Source of the DNA: Octopus sinensis
Lineage: Eukaryota
NCBI RefSeq assembly: GCF_006345805.1
Contig: NW_021826442.1
Coordinates: forward strand, 1 to 12,977
Direction of reading: 5' to 3'
DNA: 12,977 bases
Shown: one piece after another, positions 1-8,807 of the stretch
Numbering within the stretch: position 1 is the stretch's first letter
Layout of the letters: each line of letters begins with the position of its first letter
Position numbers and translations under genes: made by a program
The notes under the pieces: generated by a model
Databases searched by the model: none
The model's input: only the letters and a program-made list of their open reading frames with translations
Told to the model about the DNA's origin: nothing

Positions 1-1030
1 TCTATAAACGATTTTTGTTAATTTCATAATTGAAAAAAGTTGTTCACACATATGTCGAACTAAACATAGCAATTATTTTGGCAGCAAAATTTATAAAGTT
101 TCTAAACTTTTCAAGAAGATGGTAAAGAAAGCAGGTATTGCAGCCTTCAAATATTTAGCCTTTAGTATAGAATCCGATTGGATCTCTAACAATTCCATTT
201 GTAAACTTTTATCTATATTAAAAGCATCGAACGCAAATGCTGCTGTGAATAATGAAAATTTCTGTTCAAAAGACAAAAAATAATTGAATCTTTTCTGAGA
301 TTCCTTTAACAACAAATCCAGTTTTCTTTCATACTTGTAAAAAATTCATTACAGTATGTGCGCCAGCACTATTTTTGACCTCTTTAAAAGTAGAAAAATG
401 AGCAAAATCTTCATTTAAGTAGCCGAAACTTGCATAATTTTATTTTCAAAATAAAACACTTGATATCATCTGATAATTAGCTTGTTTTTGCCCTGCAATT
501 CCAAATTAAGGTCGTTTAATTGTGTGGTGATATCAACCTAAAGGCCAAATCTTGGATCCAAGATTTACTTTTCATCTCTTCTGTGTTTTGACCTTTCATT
601 TCCAAAAAATAAAGTTATTTACTATTTTTATGAATCGATAACCAACTTACTAGAGAATAAAAAGGAAGGTCGTGAACGGATTATCCATATCTACAGACAG
701 TTTGCTGAATTGGCGGTGGTTGAGTGAATTACGTCTAATATAGTTTATTGTTTCTGTGAACAGATTAATAGTATTTTTTAAATGTTAGAACACGAATTTT
801 GCTGATGAATAATACAATGAAATGTGCAAATAACGAGTTAGAATTTAACTTTCTTTTTCAACTAGCAATTTAGCAGCAACTCCAGCATGTCGTCCAGTTA
901 TATTAGGAGGACCATCGGTGCACAAACATACAAACTTCCTTAAATCAAATCCATTGTCAAAAAGAATTTGTTGTAGTTTTACAAAGACATCTTTACTTTT
1001 AGTAGTATCGTGCATTGGTACCAGTTTGAA
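1..1030 (-). pseudogene. Degraded hAT transposase (catalytic core to C-terminal dimerisation region)
   Basis: Minus-strand fragments appear in the correct order: LVPMHDTT, CLCTDGPPNITG, HCIIHQQ, NYIRRNSLNHRQF, DITTQLNDLNLELQGKN, LQMELLEIQSDSILKAKY, FAAKIIAMFSSTY.CEQLFSIMK. There are multiple stops and frameshifts, and the N-terminal part is absent. Confidence 0.88.
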
Positions 1031-1104
1031 AAAATTAAAAAAATAATTAAAATTATTTTATATTTTAAAGGCTCGGGGGCTGCACCTATACATGCAGAGG
1101 GCGG

Positions 1105-1121
1105 CATGTTTGACACCCCTG
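1105..1121 (-). repeat. hAT terminal inverted repeat (5' end of element)
   Basis: CAGGGGTGTCAAACATG. The flanking 8-mer GTCTTGAT (1129->1122) is one mismatch from the NTCTAGAN target preference of Charlie-group elements. The partner TIR is not in the window. Confidence 0.75.
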
Positions 1122-1157
1122 ATCAAGACTAATCTAAAAAGCTCAAAATATTTACAA

Positions 1158-2904
1158 TTATTTATTAATATCCGATTTATGTTCCAACAACTGTAGAACA
1201 TGCTCAACTGGTTGGGGTTGATTATTTTCATCCATCCTCATTGGTTTAATAACCCCAAGACGATCCAATTTGTCCATCAATGTTATAAGTTGTTCGGCCT
1301 GGTACTCCTTTTCTTCATCACACATGACATTTGGAGTGAACGGCTCATAACGCCCGGTGACAGAGTTGACACTTAAATGTTCAACAATAAACAAACTCCG
1401 CAGAAAGTTCTCGATATTCCTCAGTTTCGGAGACATCGGAAGCTGATTCAGATTCATTCTTGTCTTTACTCACATGTTCAATAAGACTAGAACTGACTAG
1501 TCCTGCTGCATTGCCATATCCACTATATTTGACAAGTCTATCAACTACAAACATTATACAGCCTTCAATACCAGAGTAGTTGCACAACACGAACATAAAG
1601 AGAGCACACGCTTGTGCCACGAGGGGATCAGGACATTGCATTAACTTACACAGCCTGTTTCTTAGAGAAGTGCCTGTCTGGGGGAGGACAAGCACCTCGT
1701 CCCTTAAATAAGGGAGTATCTATCATTATTCGAGTACAAATCACCTTCATTCGACAGAACTGTCTCAAAACACGCCCAGATCTGCAGACTATAGTAACAC
1801 ATTGTAGAATTGGCAAAAATACTTCAGAAAATGCAACTTTCTGTCACATTACACAAATAACAAACCAAATCATTGCCGTAAACCGAATCTAGTTTGGTCG
1901 ACAACAAGCCAATGAGGACACAACAAGGTACCATATCCTTACCACAGTAAACATTACTACTCATGTCAGAGGCGTCTTCCACCAGATGTTCTGATATAAC
2001 AGTCCCCATTGGCATATTTGTCAATATATTGACACAACATTGAACTACGTCATCCGAAACATTATGCGTGGACAAAATAGTGCGAATAAAGTCGACAACT
2101 GAACACAAGATTGACTCACACTAATAAATTAGCCTTTAAACTAAAAAGTACCACATTATTGCACAGTGTTGAGTTATATAAAAGTTTTAGTGAGTCAATA
2201 AACTCGTCTTCTGAATTCTGCGAAGATTTTTTGCAGGAATCAACAATATTTGGCAAAATATTCCCCAGTTTACTAAGCGGGAATGACGACAGGCAACTCA
2301 AATAGCTCAGCAACTTCAAAGCAATCCACTACAACTCACAATAAATAAAGAAGACAGAAAATACACATAAAAATATCAAAAACCTTTTCATTTTGGGATT
2401 CCACTGTAATTTTAATGATTTTGTCAATAAAATCAACATTTTCTCTATTAAAAATAATATTTATTTATACATCAAAGATTTCATCACCTTGGATGATCGA
2501 AGGCAGGAATTATACAGACATTTCAGTTTTGATACTAAATAAATAAGGTATGTAGTACTTTTTGAGATTGATTCATTTTCACACATCAATCTGTCTATTA
2601 AGGTTGTATTCTCTAAAGGATGGGAGCTCATTGGATCTCTGATGAGACATGTAAGCACAGATGTGATTATCCCGTGGAGTTGGGTTCTTTCGGGTGAATT
2701 TAGCAAGCATGTGAGGAATTCAAAGATGTTCTTGAAATAAGTTTTCAAAGTTTACATTAAATTCTTTTTGAGTTTGATAGTTGAAGTTGAATGTAAACTC
2801 ATTCTAATATTAATTAAAAAATTAACCTCTTCTAAAAAATTTTCAAATTTTGATTGCATTTGGTTATTCTTTAATGAATCCAGATCAGCTTCACGCAAAG
2901 ACAT
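1158..2904 (-). CDS. RIC8: Ric-8/synembryn G-protein alpha chaperone and GEF, ~494 aa. Exons: 2904-2827, 2803-2756, 2730-2471, 2444-2384, 2328-2152, 2120-1866, 1840-1745, 1719-1572, 1544-1397, 1371-1158
   Basis: Removing GT-AG introns 2804-2826, 2731-2755, 2445-2470, 2329-2383, 2121-2151, 1841-1865, 1720-1744, 1545-1571 and 1372-1396 gives one 1485-nt ORF. Ric-8 motifs appear in order: LKCLYN, ALKLLSYL, SLKLLYN, CVNILTNMP, LRNRLCKLM, FMFVLC, LVKYSGYGNAAGL, ETEEY, VNSVTGR, EEKEYQAEQL..LMDKL. Confidence 0.93.
1161..1166 (-). promoter_or_regulatory. Candidate polyadenylation signal AATAAA inside the last ric-8 codons
   Basis: The minus strand reads AAT AAA TAA, so the hexamer directly precedes the stop. 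Only 36 nt separate the stop from the hAT terminus. Confidence 0.35.
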
Positions 2905-3733
2905 CCGTAAAATAAACAGCACAACAAAATTAAATATTTGAATTAAAAATAATTCATTTTAATATTACTTAATTTTTATCTATTTGTCTATTTTTTAGAA
3001 ATTCTGAGTTATTGACAAAACTTCTATGGGGTTTTTTTGGTCATTTCTGGAATGTATCGCAAAATGGTAGTATCTAAACAATCCAAACTTTTTGAAACAG
3101 AATTAATTGATAATTAAAGTATTGAAGACATCTGACAGATCTCGGGTTCAACTCCAACAGCTGCCTCCGCTGAAAGCTCCAATCGGGTTTGACGAGTAAC
3201 GTCATCATGAAGATCTCATCACATACGGACTTTAGATAAAATGAATCTCCGGATGGGATGTCAGTTTTCTAGCGTTTAACCAGCCACACTACAATAAAAA
3301 TGAAATAGCAGATTTTAAAAATATTCTTCGTTACTTAGTTGTATAGAACGATTGTCTAGCAAAAGCTTTTAAACAAAAATTTGATATAGAAAGTTTCATC
3401 GATCCTTTCCACATTTATTTTGTTTATTTATTTAAGTAGCTTTTTGATTTCCATGTATAGAACGTCTAAAACTAACAGAATCGAACTAAGAACGAATACC
3501 TCATCTTTTTTGGATTACTTCTAGTTTTATTTACAAATTGAACTTCAAACATTTTTGTCCAAATAATATTTAGGGTATTCAAAGATTATGAACAATTTTG
3601 TAACAATAATCTTTTTATCCAGATAATCAGGAAATATCAAATTTTAAGCTTAAAAATATTGAATTCTAAAAACTATTCAAATATCATTTAAACCCAATAC
3701 AAATAATCGACTCAATGAAGAAACTTCAATATT

Positions 3734-3769
3734 GACCAGATATCCACCGTCACTTCAAAATATCTGGTC
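3734..3769. repeat. Perfect 10-bp inverted repeat with 16-nt loop
   Basis: GACCAGATAT (3734-3743) and ATATCTGGTC (3760-3769). Confidence 0.8.
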
Positions 3770-4055
3770 TAACTCAAGTTGGTAAAACGTGTCAAATAAT
3801 TCTTCATTTATATAAGAATTTTTATCTCAAATGAGCCAGGTTGAACTTCATAACATCTGTGCACTTCACCCACAGTTCCAATTACACATTTTTTATTAAA
3901 AAATCATTAAGAGAGTTAACATTTAAAGAATGAATCATATTTTATCAAGATTAAGCTTAACCAAAACAAAGATAAAACATCCATTTGCACAACTAAACGA
4001 TAAAAAAGAAGGTCAATAAAAGAATATAAGATAAAACAAACAAGTTTCATGAGAG

Positions 4056-4591
4056 TCACAATCTTTTAAATTTGTCCCCCTTAACAACGGGGTTGTTTTT
4101 ACGGATTTCCTCCGAGGCCATTGCGCGGTAATCAAAGGTACAATCATGTCGGTCACTGAATCGATGATAATCACAGTAAAATCCTCCGCACCGGCAACTA
4201 AAAGCTGCAACATATCTCGTTAATTACACTCACCAGTAATCGACAACTTAACTTTACATAGCAAGCATCTTCTTTTTGGTTTTTTGGTTTCTGAGAGAAC
4301 TAATAAACAATTTTGTACGAGGAGGGTTTTCAACAGGCTTGTCCTCGAGTTTCTCACATTCAGTAACGACGGGACAAACTGGCTCTTCAACCACTGAAGT
4401 AGCTGGTATGACCTCTTTTAGTGACGTAGCTATTGTGATGTCATACATGTTGTATCTTTTTCACGTTCAGGAAATAAATCTCTGTGGCATTTTGAACAGT
4501 AGCCAAGATTGGCTTCAGAACCATAAAAACCGCATTGTGCCTTACATAGTTGTGGGTGGATTGGACGGTCAGTTTGATCTTTGCTCTCCAT
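4056..4591 (-). CDS. ZFAND5/6: A20/AN1 zinc-finger protein (ZFAND5/6-like), ~147-153 aa. Exons: 4591-4447 (or 4591-4465), 4429-4319, 4290-4234, 4204-4056
   Basis: N-terminal A20 finger LCKAQCGFYGSEANLGYCSKCHRD. After removing introns 4291-4318 (28 nt) and 4205-4233 (29 nt), the AN1 finger reads KPKRRCLLCKVKLSITAFSCRCGGFYCDYHRFSDRHDCTFDY and ends NPVVKGDKFKRL*. The first intron donor is ambiguous, and an upstream in-frame ATG exists at 4612. Confidence 0.93.
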
Positions 4592-5175
4592 TCTAATATT
4601 TAATTTAATCATCAAAAATCAAAAAAATAATTATATTTTTTAAACAAAAAATTGTGAGGACAAGCAACCACAAGAATAAAAAACTAATGCTACGAAACAT
4701 TTAATTTGTTTAAATTTTAACATTATTTTTAGTTCATAATATTTTTAAAGCATATTTGTACTTTTTAAAAAAATACAAAAAATTAAAATATAAGAAACTT
4801 TTTGGGATCTTTTTTCATTTAGTTAATCAACGAATACGTGCTTAAATACAGTCTTGACGCATTATTTCATTTATTGTGCAACAAAAATATATACAGTAAC
4901 ATTCATTATACAATCTATTGGTAATTTTTTGTTATAATTGCTAAATTCGAGATATTTATAATCATTTATTTGCACATTGCATATGCATAAACCGTCACTA
5001 ATTTCGTTACCACCACAATAAAATATATTATTAATCGATTTTCCACAAATCTATAAATGAAACATTCCAAAAAATGATTTTATTTTAAATTTCATATTTT
5101 TGTACTTAGCGAAAAATAAAAATTGCAAATAATAATTATCCTAATAAAATTAAATAATAATTTCCTCCTCTATTC

Positions 5176-5505
5176 CAGAAAACAAAAGACACATCATTTC
5201 TACTCTGGCCGATCAATGTAGATGTCTATCAAAAATACTCTCAACCAACAATGGGAAAACTGCGAATAAACTAATCCATGACCACATCTCCACTCGTGCT
5301 ATCAGGATGCTCAAAAACAACAAACTTCTCAACTCTCCCCCCCGCCGGTCCACTCCTCAGAGCAATCACTCGGCAGATATCTCCGTGTCCAGCTTGCTCA
5401 GATTCGCTCAGGTCATCATCCACTGATTTTTGAAACATACCGTTCCTTCACCCCCGAAGACCTCTTCCCCTGTCCTGGACCGCCTCACTTGTCTCCGCCT
5501 ATTGG
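5176..5505 (+). mobile_element. Fragment of non-LTR retrotransposon ORF C-terminus (I/Jockey-group-like)
   Basis: Translation with one frameshift in the C-run at ~5337-5343 gives KLIHDHISTRAIRMLKNNKLLNSPP..VHSSEQSLGRYLRVQLAQIRSGHHP...DLFPCP. This resembles the post-RT 'LAQLRSG' region of invertebrate LINEs. The zinc-knuckle cysteines are missing. Confidence 0.6.
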
Positions 5506-5558
5506 GATGTATAAAACTAAGTTTATGTAGATGTATAAAACTACCTGGTTAATGTACC

Positions 5559-6030
5559 CTATTCTATCGCCTGTTGATAAACGATGTTTTGTCGTCCGTC
5601 CTTCCTTGGCATATATGAATAAATTTTCTCTTCTGCCTACCCTCGAGCATCCCACATACAGCTGTCCATGTGAAAAGCACTCACTCTCTAAAAATAACCC
5701 AACTACCTTTAATGACTGTCCCTGGGCCTTGTTTATTGTCATTGCAAAAACTCATCCTCAAAGGAAATTGCAGCCTTTTAAATCTAAATGGTAATTCATC
5801 AGAAATTATCGGAATTCGTGGAATATAAACATCATCACCTCAATACTTACCTGTTAATATCGTCGCCTCTCTATTACGTTAGCCATCAATTTTTGATAAC
5901 TAACCTCGTACCGTTGCATAATTTAGGTGGCGCAAGATTTCGTAATAAAACCACTGGAACGCCTATCTTTAACCTTAAAAGATGATTCGGCATTCCAGAG
6001 GGATCTAAGGAGTTTAAAAATTCAATCCGG
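5559..6030 (-). pseudogene. Helitron PIF1-like helicase C-terminal remnant
   Basis: [114 protein letters not shown], with frameshifts and a stop. Confidence 0.92.
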
Positions 6031-6618
6031 ACATCGTAGGACATCGTAGTTGTTCATTTTCATTTAACCAAAATGCAGAAAATTTTTTTTTAATTTTTTT
6101 TGGGGGGAAGTTTTAGGACCTCATCATGTAAGTCGAGGACATCGTAGTTGTTCATTTTAACCAAAATGCTGAAATTTTTTTTTAATTTTTTTTGAGGGAA
6201 GGTTTTAAGGACCTCATCATGTAAGTCGAGGACATCGTAGTTGTTCATTTTAACCAAAATGCTGAAAATGTTTTTTTAATTTTTTTGGGGGGAAGGTTTT
6301 AAGGACTTCATCATGTAAGTCGAGGACATCGTAGTTGTTCATTTTAACCAAAATGCAGAAATTTTTTTTTTAATTTTTTTTGGGGGGAAGGTTTTAAGGA
6401 CTTCATCATGTAAGTCGAGGACATCGTAGTTGTTCATTTTAACCAAAATGCAGAAATTTTTTTTAACTTTTTTTTGGGGGGAAGGTTTTAAGGACTTCAT
6501 CATGTAAGTCGAGGACATCGTAGTTGTTCATTTTAACCAAAATGCAGAAAATTTTTTTATTTTTTTTTTGGCGGGAAGGTTTTAAGGACCTCATCATGTA
6601 AGTCGAGGACATCGTAGT
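6029..6618. repeat. Tandem array of six ~94-bp units plus a partial unit
   Basis: Units begin GGACATCGTAGT at 6039, 6137, 6230, 6324, 6419, 6513 and 6607 (partial), with lengths 98, 93, 94, 95, 94, 94. There is an extra GGACATCGTA at 6029. Variation is mostly in homopolymer tracts. Confidence 0.97.
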
Positions 6619-6849
6619 GCCAATTTGAGTTGGTGTGCACACACAGACAGACGTTCGGATTATTTATCGATAAAATGTCAGGCTACATCGTGCGCAGTGG
6701 AACGATCATTTTCGATTCTAAACAAAATCTTAACAAAGGATAGAAATTTTAATCTATTGTTAATAACTCGATAAACGATGTATAAAATTACTTTAAATTT
6801 TCATAAGAGAATTTATATATGACAATAAAGTTGTAAATTATATTTCTTA

Positions 6850-7931
6850 GGTCACCTTGTGGAGTGGGTCGAGTGTATTCCAAGGAAGGCTGCCATCCTT
6901 GCTGCTAAAAAAGCGCGTGGTACACCCCTAGGGACCATAAAAGGCTATGTGTCGGCTAAGTATGGTCTGGGTGCTACCCAAGTTAATGTGAAGGAGTTGA
7001 TCAAACTTCAAAGGAGTCTCTAATTAAAAAGATCAACTTAAAAGTCCTTCACAAGACTCTCTTTAGCAGCCTGGACAACCCGCACATTGACGTATCGTCG
7101 TCATCAACGTGGCTGAAATATGGGAATAACTCTCCCCGATCAGAAGGGTTGTTCTCATATTTGCAGGATAGAAACTTTTTTAATGGTCAACGGAAACAGT
7201 GTAACCACTGTAAGAGTAAGGCAATGACCGTTGACCATTTAGCCACGAAGTGCGGGAGTATGCTTTACCATGATTACACATGGAGGCATAACGAGGTGGT
7301 GAGGTCCCTCCATCTTTTGCTCTGCAATAAGTATAGCTTGAGGCGGTCCAGAAAGTTGCGAACCCATCGAGTTCAATTGGTGTGTGAGAACTCGCGGGTG
7401 TGCATTAAGGTGGATACCCCATACGCACCTCGATTGTTGTCCAGCACAACAGACCCGACATTGTGGTCCACGATAAGGTCACCGGGGAGATTGTTATCGT
7501 GGAGGTGGGCATCACGTGCCTAGACCGTTTGCAGATAGTGGAAGTGGAGAAAAGGAGGAAGTATGACCTCCTTGCAAACGAGCTAGGACTGATGCACCAG
7601 TGCAAAGTCCATGTCATCCCGTGTGTGATGACATGGGATGGACTGGTCACCAAATACCACAAGCGGTACTTAAGAAAGTTGGATGTAGATAAGTCTCTAC
7701 AGGCTTATATACAGTCAACTGTTCTTAAGAGGACTCTGGAAAGTATCTCGTTTGATGCTCGCCGATCCACCCCTTTCCTGACGTTTAGTCAGCAAGAGGC
7801 GCTGGACTGCACCTTCTCGAAGGTCTACAGTGCCAGAGAAGAGGAGGAAGAAGGGGAGGAGGTGCGTGGAGTGCCACCTTCTGCTCACTTCGAAGGCTCT
7901 GGACTTAGTTAGCAAAATTACTTAGTTAATT
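6850..7931 (+). mobile_element. 5'-truncated RLE-type non-LTR retrotransposon (R4/Dong-like): zinc knuckle, restriction-like endonuclease and 3' end
   Basis: STWLKYGNNSPRSEG..LQDRN..CNHC..TVDHLATKC..RHNEVVRSLH, a frameshift at ~7420, then HNRPDIVVHDK..IVEVGIT..EKRRKYDLLANELG..TWDGLV, stop at 7910-7912. No RT core in this copy. Confidence 0.92.
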
Positions 7932-8176
7932 TTTTTTTTTTTTTTTTTTTTTCATAAATTTAATTTATACAAACAAGACAAAAATTACAGATAGCTAAGT
8001 TAGTTAAAGGCCTCACGAGACACCCGACCAGCCGCGCGAATGGCGAAGACGTTCCCTCGGATCACAGCAATCGACAGACGTTCCAGGAGCCAAGAAAACT
8101 CTTGGATCGTGACTAGTCCTTGAAATCCGTCGACCGAGCGAGCGAAGGAAGCGGAGTGTCTTGGGACCGAAGATCT
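7930..8176 (-). mobile_element. 3' end of a CRE-like non-LTR retrotransposon with poly(A) tail, 5'-truncated
   Basis: The minus strand reads FGPKTLRFLRSLGRRISRTSHDPR..SWLLERLSIAVIRGNVFAIRAAGRVSREAFN* (one frameshift), matching the CRE-type 'GP..F..LG..I...DPR...L.QRLSIA..RGN' terminus. A 47-nt UTR with ATTAAA follows, then A23 (T-run 7930-7952). Confidence 0.82.
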
Positions 8177-8807
8177 TTTAATAAAGGTTAAGATTTCTTA
8201 GGTCAATTTTTAAAATTTTGCGGTCAATAAATTGACTTTTTAGGAAAATTTTTATTTGTTTAAATCAATAAAAATGTTTCCCTATTAATAAAAATATACC
8301 TAGAGCAAAATGGAAAACCCCATCGGAGAGGCAGACCTCCGAAGACAAAACATCGTTCTTGCCATTGCAAAAAGGACTGAGTACCCGACCCGAGAAAACT
8401 GGTTAAAATTCGATCTTTCCCAAGTGTTGGGAAAGCTTCCAGAATGCCCAGGAATTGGTGGTCCATCCTTCTTCAGTGCTTCAATCGACACTTTAGCTCT
8501 AAATTATTGTTGCGTGCATTGAAGAAGCAAGCCAAGACCCCTTTTCCTGGCTCGTAACCTAAAAATATAGTTTTATTAACCTAAAAACTAGAAATGTCAA
8601 CACAAAAATTTAACGTTATAACTAAACAAAAAAACACTAAAACTGTTTGTTAAACATACAAATTACACAGTTTTTTGTTCTTACGGTGACGTGCCAAGGA
8701 TGTCTTGTGCTTTCCATTAACCTTGTTCCGTTCATCCCGCGGCCGAGATTCCTTCTTCCAGTGCTTAGGTACTGAGTCATTTTTGCCTTCTTTTTTTCTT
8801 TTCAGTT

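Larger units (their letters stand above)
1..1121 (-). mobile_element. hAT (Charlie/SPIN, GTF2IRD2-like) DNA transposon, internally deleted; other end lies outside the window
   Basis: The minus strand starts with CAGGGGTGTCAAACATG at 1121->1105, a typical Charlie-group terminus, and is followed by transposase remnants running off the window edge. Confidence 0.85.
5541..6670 (-). mobile_element. Putative non-autonomous Helitron comprising 5' end, short GTCT/GT microsatellite, tandem array and helicase remnant
   Basis: Candidate 5' end A|TC at 6670 followed by GTCTGTCTGTGTGTG. The array abuts the helicase fragment with no spacer. The candidate 3' end GTAG|T at 5541 deviates from CTRR and has no clear hairpin, so the boundaries are tentative. 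Confidence 0.5.

Noticed and set aside
3067-3075. GTAGTATCT, matching the U2 branch-site recognition region
   Set aside because: The conserved upstream GCUAAGAUCAA and downstream GUUC/stem IIa are absent. A 9-nt match is expected by chance.
3140-3160. GGTTCAACTCC suggesting a tRNA T-arm
   Set aside because: Only 2 bp of T-stem can form, and there is no cloverleaf or properly spaced A box. Kept only as a weak hint in the island finding.
3171-3237. Minus-strand AAACCCGATTGGAGCTT and AAAGTCC resembling RNase MRP CR-V and CR-I
   Set aside because: The two motifs do not form a complete P4 helix and are too close together.
3340-3464. 11-nt direct repeat TGTATAGAACG at 3340-3350 and 3454-3464
   Set aside because: Too short to exclude chance in AT-rich DNA, with no supporting structure.
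1614-4596. Plus-strand ORFs 1614-1892, 2111-2305 and 4276-4596, and minus-strand ORF 4013-4213
   Set aside because: They are antisense or off-frame shadows of ric-8 and ZFAND exons with no recognisable motifs.
5843-5853. ATACTTACCTG, an exact match to the U1 snRNA 5' end
   Set aside because: It is the reverse complement of helicase codons T-G-K-Y (ACA GGT AAG TAT) inside the Helitron remnant, and no U1 stem-loops follow.
6029-6618. Regularly spaced repeats suggesting a CRISPR array
   Set aside because: The whole ~94-bp unit repeats and there are no unique spacers. No cas genes are present and the context is eukaryotic.
8195-8292. Possible MITE in the AT-rich spacer
   Set aside because: The inverted repeats are short, imperfect and low-complexity, and there is no TSD.
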